From contig NZ_JACJPP010000024.1 of assembly GCF_014696135.1 (NCBI RefSeq), forward strand, positions 1-32,000: a stretch of 32,000 nucleotides of DNA, in the 5' to 3' direction. Position numbers and translations under genes: made by a program. The notes beneath the pieces are model-generated. The model was not told the origin of the DNA. It made no database searches and saw nothing but the letters and a program-made list of their open reading frames with translations. The DNA is from Nodosilinea sp. FACHB-141. GTDB taxonomy: Bacteria > Cyanobacteriota > Cyanobacteriia > Phormidesmidales > Phormidesmidaceae. Positions 20,036 through 27,983 of this stretch are shown one piece after another; the stretch's first letter is position 1; every line of letters begins with the position of its first letter.

Positions 20036-20084
20036 GGATGTACATCGCCAGAACGTCTCTAGATAAGGGTATGTCACCTGGCCT

Positions 20085-20624
20085 CTACAACTGCGCGATC
20101 GCATCCACCTTCTCTTCCTCCGACACATCGAGATACCGCTGGAGCGCCGCCATTGACGACCACCCGCCCAGGTCTTGAATCGCTTTCAGCCGGACCCCCG
20201 CCTTATCCAACCGAGTCGCCCAGGTGCGCCGGTTGCTGTGGGTGCTGTAGCCCCGCAGTCCTAAGAGATCGCACGCCTTACGCAGCGCCGCATCACAGGC
20301 CTGCCGAGTAATCGGCCCTTGCCCATCCCGCCCTGGAAACAGATACCCCCGACTTGGCAACTCTGCCGCCTCCAGCACCGCCCTCAACTTGGGGTGAATT
20401 GGCACTGCTCGCGTCCGCTTTGTCTTCGTCGTCGCCTTGCGCAGCACCAGCGTATTGCCTACCACGTCCTCCGCCCGCAGCTGTCGCGCCTCGCTCACCC
20501 GGCAGCCGGTGTAGTAGCAGATCGAGAAGAGCGATCGCATTTTAGGGCTGAGTTCCCCCATCACCTGCTCGAACTGATCCGCCGACCAAATTTCCGCCTG
20601 GTCGTGGCGATTTTGCTTCGGCAC
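20085..20624 (-). CDS. short tyrosine recombinase (catalytic domain only)
   Basis: GTG start, 179 aa. It contains YYTGCRVSEARQL (Arg I), THSNRRTWAT (HxxR) and GGWSSMAALQRYL (W...Y nucleophile). There is no N-terminal core-binding domain. Confidence 0.8.
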   Translation of the reverse strand: MPKQNRHDQAEIWSADQFEQVMGELSPKMRSLFSICYYTGCRVSEARQLRAEDVVGNTLVLRKATTKTKRTRAVPIHPKLRAVLEAAELPSRGYLFPGRDGQGPITRQACDAALRKACDLLGLRGYSTHSNRRTWATRLDKAGVRLKAIQDLGGWSSMAALQRYLDVSEEEKVDAIAQL

Positions 20625-20796
20625 CGGCTCACCTCAGAACTGGATCCAAACTACTCTTGAAAATGTTGATTTGCTCTTTTTGATATTTTAGCAAGTTCAG
20701 TTTATCGGAGTTGTGAGGGTTTCGGCGGTTTGGCACAAAATCGGAGCAAAGTACCAGAACTTGTTGAGAAGTAACCCCTGTTATTGATAATAGCAA

Positions 20797-20828
20797 ATGC
20801 CAGCTGATTGGATCCAATCAGCTGGCAT
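20797..20828 (-). terminator. perfect 32-bp palindrome 39 bp downstream of the 876-aa gene; terminator or protein-binding site
   Basis: ATGCCAGCTGATTGGATCCAATCAGCTGGCAT. I verified it base by base as self-complementary around 20812/20813. On the minus strand it is followed by UUGCUAUUAUC. Confidence 0.45.
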
Positions 20829-20866
20829 GCAGAAGTGTGGAGTGCTCGTCGGATGATGAAGCTTAG

Positions 20867-23497
20867 TTAAGCGGCTTCATCCTCTAACGGTGGCTCTGGC
20901 AAGTCTTTGTTTCCCTGCTGAGAGATATTCATTAAGGTTTGGTTGATAAAGTCAACATTAGCCTCTACGACAGGAGCCATCTTTTCAACTGATGTGCGCA
21001 AGTCATAGTCATACTTATGTCGATCCTCAGAGTGTTGGAGAAGAAGCGCAGCTGATTCTCGATACTCTGGAAATTGACCTGTAAACATTTTTCGAAGGTT
21101 AGCGGGAGGTACATCGACGCCAGTCCACCACTCGATCATCCATTTAATACGTTCAGCCCAGGATTTAGGACCTGGGACTGGGCGTGTGCTACGTGCCATT
21201 CGGAAAAAGTAATTGTGATTAACTGGTCCACGTGCTGAACGTCCCCAATCTAACCATTGACGTACATACCCATAGAGATCCTTGTTGCCAAACTGGAGAT
21301 TAGGTAGCTCTACCCAAAACCCATCATTGTTTAGCAGTACTGTCGGCATAGATGATCCAGTTTTATAGTCATCAACGCCATGATGGACATAAAATCTTAT
21401 CTCGTCTGCCTTTCCATTAGCCCTTAATTCATCCGCCGGTATAAAGCCATTGGAGTATAGGTATCCTTCCTTAAAAGTTTTCCCAATCTCAAGCTCATAA
21501 AACGTGCGTGACCGAGATGGAAAAATAACAGAGAAGGCGATACTCAAGAATCGCTGTAGCTCTTGAGCCATCGCTCTTTCAGGCCGTGTCTTTTCGGTAT
21601 AACCTAACTTTGCTGCAGAACTTCGGATGTAAATCGTGTCTTGTTCAACTCGCCACCGCTGCATCTCCATAGCATAAATAACTTGTGACCAATGAACCGA
21701 TTTCTCGTGATAATTGACAGTAGCTGGCTGTCTATCAGATTCATCCTTAAGCTGTGCTTGTAAGTTGAGCAGACGTAGTAAAATCGGAATGTTTTGTGGT
21801 ACCGGAAATTCATCCGTGCCCAAAACATCTCGATATAAAAACTTGGCCATTGCAATTGCTACACTCACTCGCTTTTGCTGAGAAGCTGCTTTTCCGCCGG
21901 TAAAGTCTAGATACCTGTGTATGCGTTTAATATCGTTATCAGCTGTGTCATAAGCTTGCTGCTTTCCTGATTCTTCGGCAAAACGAAATGCTTCAAAATT
22001 ATCGAAATCCCTAAGTCTAAATTTAAGCTGACATACAGAAATCAATGCCTCAAAGCATAAATCTTCTAACGATACACCTTCATATCGATGAAGCCAGCCC
22101 ATATATTGGCGTATTTTCTCAACTTCCCCTTTCAGTGCGCCTGGGGTAACTTTTTTCCCTGGCTTGTTCGCCCGATGGTTAGAGTAATCTAGGATTTGTT
22201 GAGCCAAGCGGTCGTTGGTGTAATCATTAGGAAACCTCTTTGCCCCAAGTTGGTGAACTGGTGCTTGCTCCTGACTCAGCTTTAGACCAGATGGGCTAGC
22301 TTTTTTTTCAACTGGGCGATCTCTAAAGGTTCGCAAGGTAATTTCTGCTTTAGCAATATATCCAAAGAAACCTTCTGCTATTGCCCACTCTAACCAGCTG
22401 TTAACCTTCGATATGTATGTTTTTTTGCTTCGATCGGTGATGGAAATACTTGCTAAGTAATCAGCAAAGATCTGTAGTAGGTGCTGATTATTGTTCATTT
22501 CTACAGTCTCAAGAAAATCCAAAGCCAGTTGGAAATCTTCAGCGGTTGCTCTTTGCCCAGAAATGTGAGGGCCACCTAAAGCTGGCACGATATACCTGAC
22601 AATTATGCTTTTAAAGAAGGAGGCTTGCTTGGCATCGAGGGTTAGAGTGTACTCAGCAAAGGCCTCCAGTGTTGTAGCTGCGTGTCTGGGGTAGACCATC
22701 TCTCCGGTAGGTGCTGGAGGCTCAGTAGAATTAGGGTATTCGGGTTTAGCTTCAGGTTCAGGAAACGGCAGATAGCCATGCTCTCGAACCGAATTTAGTA
22801 AGGCCCTTAGCAGCCGACGCACACGAGTTTCCTGAGCTTCAGATCGCTCATAGATTCGCAAGACCCGAGTGGCAATAGTCAAAGCCTCTTGCAGGTATTC
22901 CAAAGGCACCTGCTCTAGGTAGGTTAGTCCGGCCTCAATCTCATCTACCCTCAAAGGATTATGGAGGGGCACCGGTCCGCCACAACCAGGTACGAAATAT
23001 TGGACGATCGCGTAAAGCGCGGACTTTCGGATTTGTTCATCTAGTGGCTGCAGGTAGATCTCAACAATTTGCCGAGTTGAATAAGTCAGCTCCTGAGAAC
23101 TAAGAGGCCCAACAGGGATGTCACTGCAAAGATCTAGAGGAATAAGATTTTCAGGTATAGGGAGAGATCCCTGTTGTCGTCCCCAGTCAATAAGGCCTCG
23201 CAGGTTGCGGCGAACTCGCTCTTGTTGTGCTTGCGATGTATTGTTAGATTCAAATATTGGAGACAAGACTTCTGGGATGCGGTTTAGTTCTTCAGCCTTC
23301 ATATTCGCTAGGAAAGATAACCCAGCATCAACATCCTGGTTTGATAGTTTGGTTCGCTTGTTGGCTAATGGACATGGTCCGCCCATTCCAGGGACCGCGT
23401 AACGAAATAATGCATTCCGAAAGTCGTGCATTTCTGATGCTTCATCCTGTTCATCAAGATGTTTGTAGTAGCGTGTGCAAAGTGTTTTAGCTTGCAT
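20867..23497 (-). CDS. large tyrosine-recombinase-like protein (876 aa) with triplicated N-terminal module
   Basis: Low-GC ORF. The C-terminal domain carries FPSRSRTFYELEIG (Arg I), DDYKTGSSMPTVLL (Lys hairpin), PANLRKMFTG (xxxR, with His replaced by Ala) and LLQHSEDRHKYDY (His, then Tyr at +9), in the canonical order and spacing. The N-terminus holds three ~105-aa repeats. Confidence 0.65.
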   Translation of the reverse strand: MQAKTLCTRYYKHLDEQDEASEMHDFRNALFRYAVPGMGGPCPLANKRTKLSNQDVDAGLSFLANMKAEELNRIPEVLSPIFESNNTSQAQQERVRRNLRGLIDWGRQQGSLPIPENLIPLDLCSDIPVGPLSSQELTYSTRQIVEIYLQPLDEQIRKSALYAIVQYFVPGCGGPVPLHNPLRVDEIEAGLTYLEQVPLEYLQEALTIATRVLRIYERSEAQETRVRRLLRALLNSVREHGYLPFPEPEAKPEYPNSTEPPAPTGEMVYPRHAATTLEAFAEYTLTLDAKQASFFKSIIVRYIVPALGGPHISGQRATAEDFQLALDFLETVEMNNNQHLLQIFADYLASISITDRSKKTYISKVNSWLEWAIAEGFFGYIAKAEITLRTFRDRPVEKKASPSGLKLSQEQAPVHQLGAKRFPNDYTNDRLAQQILDYSNHRANKPGKKVTPGALKGEVEKIRQYMGWLHRYEGVSLEDLCFEALISVCQLKFRLRDFDNFEAFRFAEESGKQQAYDTADNDIKRIHRYLDFTGGKAASQQKRVSVAIAMAKFLYRDVLGTDEFPVPQNIPILLRLLNLQAQLKDESDRQPATVNYHEKSVHWSQVIYAMEMQRWRVEQDTIYIRSSAAKLGYTEKTRPERAMAQELQRFLSIAFSVIFPSRSRTFYELEIGKTFKEGYLYSNGFIPADELRANGKADEIRFYVHHGVDDYKTGSSMPTVLLNNDGFWVELPNLQFGNKDLYGYVRQWLDWGRSARGPVNHNYFFRMARSTRPVPGPKSWAERIKWMIEWWTGVDVPPANLRKMFTGQFPEYRESAALLLQHSEDRHKYDYDLRTSVEKMAPVVEANVDFINQTLMNISQQGNKDLPEPPLEDEAA

Positions 23498-23766
23498 GGT
23501 TAAACCTAAAGGTAAGAATTGCGTAGTGGTATAGCAGGTTGATACATGTGCATTCCTGCTATGAAAACCTGCTTAGTAAAACTGAGCTATCGGCTTTATA
23601 GTTGCAAGCCATAGGCATGCGTGAACCTCAAACTTGCTCAATCAATTGGCCGAATAGTTCAAAAATACTATAGTGATGATATTTTATGTTGCTTTAATTT
23701 GCAATCTAATTTGCTCTGAAATTTAGTGCAAATATCTCTTTTCTTTTGGTTTTTATGTTCCCGCTG

Positions 23767-23801
23767 TATTCCCACGGTACTCCCGTGATATTCCCACAGT
23801 A
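23767..23801. repeat. direct repeat TATTCCCAC(G/A)GTA x2 with 22-bp spacing
   Basis: The copies lie at 23767-23779 and 23789-23801. CCGTGAT also occurs twice (23784 and 23805). The array lies between the 876-aa gene start and the 44-bp palindrome. Confidence 0.7.
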
Positions 23802-23818
23802 ATACCGTGATGCTCTGA

Positions 23819-23862
23819 CGATAATTCGGCGATATTATCGCGATAATATCGCCGAATTATCG
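23819..23862. repeat. perfect 44-bp palindrome
   Basis: CGATAATTCGGCGATATTATCG|CGATAATATCGCCGAATTATCG, with all 22 base pairs checked individually and the centre at 23840/23841. The inner 16-mer ATTATCGCGATAATAT recurs at 23856-23871, 22 bp from its first copy at 23834-23849. Confidence 0.95.
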
Positions 23863-24686
23863 CGATAATATGATGCAACCATTGCTTCTTTAGTTTTATT
23901 TGTACTGGTCAATAATTGCGCTAATGGCCAGACTACCTTTTCTAGTTGCTAATGATTAGGCTAGACAGCTGGCGTAGAACCTTGTTCAAATTTATGATTG
24001 TGGTAGAAATGTAATTTTTGCTATGAAGAGAGACGCCTGCAAGGCAAAACTACTTGTTCTAACTTGATTCTGAAGAATTATTTCATTGGATAGTTTAGCT
24101 GGATTTGAGTGATAGCATAGATCTATTAAATGATCTGTATAAGGTAATAAAGGAAATGATTAGCTATTTAGTTTTTAGATGAGCGTCTAGTTCGACGACG
24201 CAATACTATTACGCTCGTAATGCAATATTTCCCAAGGTAAAATAATTGATTTGTAAGGGTTTAAGGGCTGTTGAGGGTAGTGATGGGCTAAAACCCTTGC
24301 TCAACACGGCCAAAATCGCTGAAATCCTTATATAGCAATGGTTTTGCTTGGGTCGTTTAATGAGGGAGATGATGGCTAGCCGTCATCCCCCTTCTTGTTG
24401 AAAAGGCAGAAGTGCCCCTCTCAGTTTGACAGTGTTGTTAGTATTTTGATCGGGGGCTTGGTAGAGCTCAATATTTTGCCTTGTAGTGATTTTGGTTAGT
24501 CTTTCCATCTGGTAGCGGCGGACTGTACTTGTGCTCATCAGTGCTGTAGCTTGGCGTCGAACCGATAAGGAGCCATCTCAAATTTATCTTTGAGAAAAAA
24601 CACAGCTGTTTGTTGTTTTAAAGATCTTGTTTGAATACTGTTTGTAGCGCTTCAAAGATATTGATGTACAAGGCTTTCAGCGATCG

Positions 24687-24767
24687 TTTCGGCAGAGCTC
24701 TGCCGAAAGTGACCTCGTTTCAGCAGGATTCTGCCGGGTTATGCCCGTTTTCTGGCAGAACTCTGCC
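24687..24767. promoter_or_regulatory. operator-like inverted repeats GGCAGA-N2-TCTGCC x2
   Basis: A perfect 22-bp palindrome TTTCGGCAGAGCTCTGCCGAAA lies at 24687-24708. A second copy GGCAGAACTCTGCC lies at 24754-24767, and a half-site TTCTGCCGG lies near 24729. Confidence 0.4.
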
Positions 24768-25023
24768 GAGCATTTTTGAGCAGAGGCTCAGCTAAGTGGG
24801 AAGACCAGTGCACTTCGATACCCCACTGCATAGGCTATGAGAAAATGTGCTCTGTGCCAGTAGAGCTAAAAAATGGACTAGATTTGGCCCGTTCTGCTCT
24901 GTGCCAGTTGTCTCAAAGCCTGATTCCGCTGTTCTATCTAAAAGTCGTAGCCAAACCTCTCTATTGACTTGAATGCTTTGTGTAGAGAGGTCTTTCGCAG
25001 CAGGTCCAACCGTGGAGTAGTTG

Positions 25024-25043
25024 CGGCGCGGGGCAGCTATTCA
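25024..25043 (+). repeat. left copy of exact 20-bp direct repeat CGGCGCGGGGCAGCTATTCA
   Basis: Identical to 30981-31000. The two copies bracket the ABC transporter operon and the gene fragments after it. Confidence 0.9.
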
Positions 25044-25368
25044 GCTCGAACTGCTTCTAATTTTACCAACGAGCATAGGGCGACGTTTCCGTCGCCAAAA
25101 ACCTTATTAGCTTTTGCTCAATAGTTCACGAGTCCTCAGAAAAGCTGTGCGTTGGTCAAATGTGTCGATTTAGTCAATGCTTGACATAGATTTGTGCAAA
25201 TGAGATTGCAAACTTAAGTTTTCTCCTGCTTTATATCCCTCACCCCCGGATTGTTGATTAGAGCAGGCGGTGGTAGCCTCAAAAGTCGTGAAACCCCTCT
25301 TGCTGCTCAGGATGCTTGATTAAGCCATAGGGGACAACTCATTTTGCAATTAACTGATAGGTGCAGCT

Positions 25369-26994
25369 ATGGCATTACGTCTCAAACTGCCCGCCTGGTC
25401 TATAGGGGTGCTCCTACTGGGGCCAATTCTGACCGGATGTGCCTCAAGCTCAACTGGGTCAAGTGCTTCTACGCCAGCCTCCAATGCTTCTGCAGAGCAG
25501 ATAGTCCTGGCGATTGGAGGAGAGAGCGAGGAAGGGTATGACCCTACCCTAGGCTGGGGCCGCTACGGTTCACCCCTGTTTCAGAGCACATTGCTGCAGC
25601 GCGATGAAAACCTTGAAATCGTCAATGACCTGGCGACCGACTACACCGTTAGCGAAGACGGCAGAACCTGGACGGTGACGATTCGCCAAGACGCTCAGTT
25701 TTCTGATGGGGAGCCGCTGACAGCAGCCGATGTTGCCTATACCTTCAACAAGGCAGCAGAGAGCGGCGGCCTGACCGATGTAACGGTACTAGAAGAAGCT
25801 GTCGCCACTGACGACTACACGGTGGAGCTGCGGCTGAAGCAGCCCCAAAGCACCTTCGTCAACCGCCTGATCACCGTGGGCATTGTGCCGGAGCACGCCC
25901 ATGGTCCTGACTATGCTCGCAACCCCATTGGCTCTGGCCCCTATCAACTTGTCCAGTGGGACGAGGGGCAGCAGCTGATTGTCGAAGCTAACCCCAACTA
26001 TTACGACGAAGCCCCTGGAATTGGGCGACTCGTTTTTCTATTTACCGAAGAAGACGCTGCCTTTGCGGCGGCCCAAGCTGGACAGGCCCAGGTGGTCAGC
26101 GTACCTCAGTCGCTGGCGGTGCAGAGCATTGAGGGCATGAAGCTCTACGACGTTGCCAGCGTGGATAACCGGGGGCTGATGTTTCCCTTTCCTGACGGGG
26201 GGAGTAAGACTACGCCAGACGGTAAACCCGTGGGCAACGCCGTCACCTCAGATCGGGCAATTCGGCAGGCGGTGAACTACGCCGTGGATCGGCAGGCGTT
26301 GGTAGACGGGGTGTTGGAGGGCTACGGATCGCCTGCCTACGGCCCAGTAAGCGGCCTGGCTTGGGAAGAACCGAGTGCCAATATTAAAGATGCTGACCCG
26401 GAGCGCGCTAAGCAGATTTTGGCAGATGGGGGCTGGAGCGACAGCAATAGCGATGGTGTCGTTGAGAAAGATGGCTTAAAGGCCGAATTCACCCTACTCT
26501 ACCCAGCTAGCGACAGTACTCGCCAGGCTTTGGCGTTGTCGGTTGCGGAAATGCTCAAGCCTGTGGGTATTCAGGTCAATGTTGAGGGCAAGAGCTGGGA
26601 TGAGATTACTCCCCTAGCGCACAGCAACGCGGTGCTGTTTGGTTGGGGCAGCCACGACCAGACGGAGATGTACAACCTCTACCACAGCAAAGCGGCCCAG
26701 GGCGATTTTTACAACGCGGGCTACTACGCCAACCGGGCCATTGACCAAAGGCTAGACCTGGCGATGGGGGCCCCTTCAGAGGCAGAAGCGATCGCATTCT
26801 GGCAAGCGGCCCAGTGGGACGGCCAGGAGGGGTTCACGGCCAAGGGCGATGCCGCCTGGGCCTGGCTGGTCAACCTCAACCACACCTACTTTGTCCACGA
26901 GTGCCTGGACATCGGCCAACCCCAGGTTGAGCCCCACGGCCACGGCTGGCCCGTTACTGCCAACATTGCTAGCTGGACCTGGACATGCAACTAA
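25369..26994 (+). CDS. ABC transporter substrate-binding lipoprotein, family 5 (Opp/Dpp/Nik type)
   Basis: 541 aa. It has a signal peptide with lipobox LTGC. Its size and the ANPNYY-type motif are typical of peptide/nickel SBPs. It is the first gene of a five-gene operon with overlapping junctions. Confidence 0.8.
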   Translation: MALRLKLPAWSIGVLLLGPILTGCASSSTGSSASTPASNASAEQIVLAIGGESEEGYDPTLGWGRYGSPLFQSTLLQRDENLEIVNDLATDYTVSEDGRTWTVTIRQDAQFSDGEPLTAADVAYTFNKAAESGGLTDVTVLEEAVATDDYTVELRLKQPQSTFVNRLITVGIVPEHAHGPDYARNPIGSGPYQLVQWDEGQQLIVEANPNYYDEAPGIGRLVFLFTEEDAAFAAAQAGQAQVVSVPQSLAVQSIEGMKLYDVASVDNRGLMFPFPDGGSKTTPDGKPVGNAVTSDRAIRQAVNYAVDRQALVDGVLEGYGSPAYGPVSGLAWEEPSANIKDADPERAKQILADGGWSDSNSDGVVEKDGLKAEFTLLYPASDSTRQALALSVAEMLKPVGIQVNVEGKSWDEITPLAHSNAVLFGWGSHDQTEMYNLYHSKAAQGDFYNAGYYANRAIDQRLDLAMGAPSEAEAIAFWQAAQWDGQEGFTAKGDAAWAWLVNLNHTYFVHECLDIGQPQVEPHGHGWPVTANIASWTWTCN

Positions 26995-27983
26995 AGCCAA
27001 TTCTGCTGTTTTTCGGCTACAAGCTAGTGCGGCTGGCGCTGCTCCTGGTCGCCGTAGCGGTGCTAACCTTTGGCCTGATGAGCCTGTCACCCATTGACCC
27101 GGTGCAAGCCTACGTTGGGGCCGACGTGCTGCAGGTCAGTGCCGCCCAGCGAGAGCTGATCGCTCAGCGCTGGGGCCTGGATCAGCCGATGATTGTGCGC
27201 TTTTGGGACTGGTTTGGGCAAATCATTCAGGGCAACTGGGGCACCTCAATGGTGTTTAACCAGCCGGTTTTGCAGGTGATCGGCCAGCGGTTTCAGGTGT
27301 CGCTACAACTGCTTGCAATCGCATGGCTCCTGTCTGGTCTGCTGGGGCTAGTGCTGGGCGTGCTGGCCGGGGCTTTTGAGGGCACCTGGATTGACCGGGG
27401 CATTCGTCTCTATGCTTACACTCTGGCGTCGTCGCCGACGTTTTGGGTGGCGCTGCTGCTGCTGATTCTCTTTTCGGTGTCACTGCGGCTGACCCCGATT
27501 TGCTGTGCAGCTCCGCCGGGGGTGCTGGCCCAAAACGTTACTTTCTGGCAGCATCTGCACCATCTGCTGCTGCCCGCCCTCGCCCTGAGCATCATTGGCA
27601 TTGCCAGCATTGCCCTCCACACCCGCCAGAAGCTGATCGATGTGCTGCACAGCGACTATGTGCTGTTTGCTCGCGCTCAGGGCGAGAGCCTCTGGGGTAT
27701 CTTGCGGCACCACGGACTGAGGAACATCCTGCTGCCCGCGTTAACCCTGCAATTTGCCTCCCTCAGTGAGCTATTTGGCGGCTCGGTGCTGGTGGAGCAG
27801 GTGTTTGCCTATCCGGGGCTAGGGCAGGCGACCGTGCAGGCAGCGTTGCGCAGCGATGTGCCGCTGCTGGTGGGCATCGTTTTCTTTAGCGCCCTGTTTG
27901 TTTACACCGGCAATACCTTGGCCGATCTGTCTTACCAGGTGATTGACCCACGCATCCGCATTGGCGGCAGGACGACCGCATGA
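26985..27983 (+). CDS. ABC transporter permease (DppB/OppB/NikB-like)
   Basis: 332 aa and multi-pass hydrophobic. It has an EAA-loop-like segment ARAQGESLWGILRHHGLRNILLP. Its start overlaps the SBP stop. Confidence 0.8.
   Translation: MQLKPILLFFGYKLVRLALLLVAVAVLTFGLMSLSPIDPVQAYVGADVLQVSAAQRELIAQRWGLDQPMIVRFWDWFGQIIQGNWGTSMVFNQPVLQVIGQRFQVSLQLLAIAWLLSGLLGLVLGVLAGAFEGTWIDRGIRLYAYTLASSPTFWVALLLLILFSVSLRLTPICCAAPPGVLAQNVTFWQHLHHLLLPALALSIIGIASIALHTRQKLIDVLHSDYVLFARAQGESLWGILRHHGLRNILLPALTLQFASLSELFGGSVLVEQVFAYPGLGQATVQAALRSDVPLLVGIVFFSALFVYTGNTLADLSYQVIDPRIRIGGRTTA

Noticed and set aside
20036-20128. Extended start at 20128 for the EVE gene
   Set aside because: The added MCRRKRRWMRSRSCRGQ... 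leader overlaps the 3' end of the recombinase gene. The EVE fold begins at MAYWLF (20035).
23819-23862. The idea that the 44-bp palindrome marks an actual hairpin end of a linear replicon in this assembly
   Set aside because: The sequence reads straight through the palindrome, and the flanks are not mirror images beyond 44 bp. In this molecule the site is therefore intact. Only the weaker hypothesis, an uncut resolution, recombination or operator site, is retained as a finding.
24534-24541. CUGAUGAG (hammerhead ribozyme core) on the minus strand
   Set aside because: The segment between it and the downstream GAAAG cannot form a stem II, and no stems I or III are evident. It is probably a chance octamer.
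24553-24566. GGTTCGA (T-loop-like) on the minus strand, a possible tRNA
   Set aside because: The flanking bases do not form a T-stem, and I could not build acceptor or anticodon arms.
24776-24967. 63-aa ORF inside the AT-rich non-coding stretch
   Set aside because: It has an implausible Cys-rich composition, it spans the 14-mer direct repeats, and it has no start context.
25181-25368. TTGACA at 25181 as a promoter, and a GAGCAG...CTGCTC-closed leader (about 25271-25320) as a possible B12/Ni-Co riboswitch upstream of the ABC operon
   Set aside because: No acceptable -10 hexamer lies 16-18 nt downstream of the TTGACA. The leader has only a vague TCAGGA resemblance to a B12 box and lacks the other conserved riboswitch elements I can recall. 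A covariance-model scan is needed before any claim.
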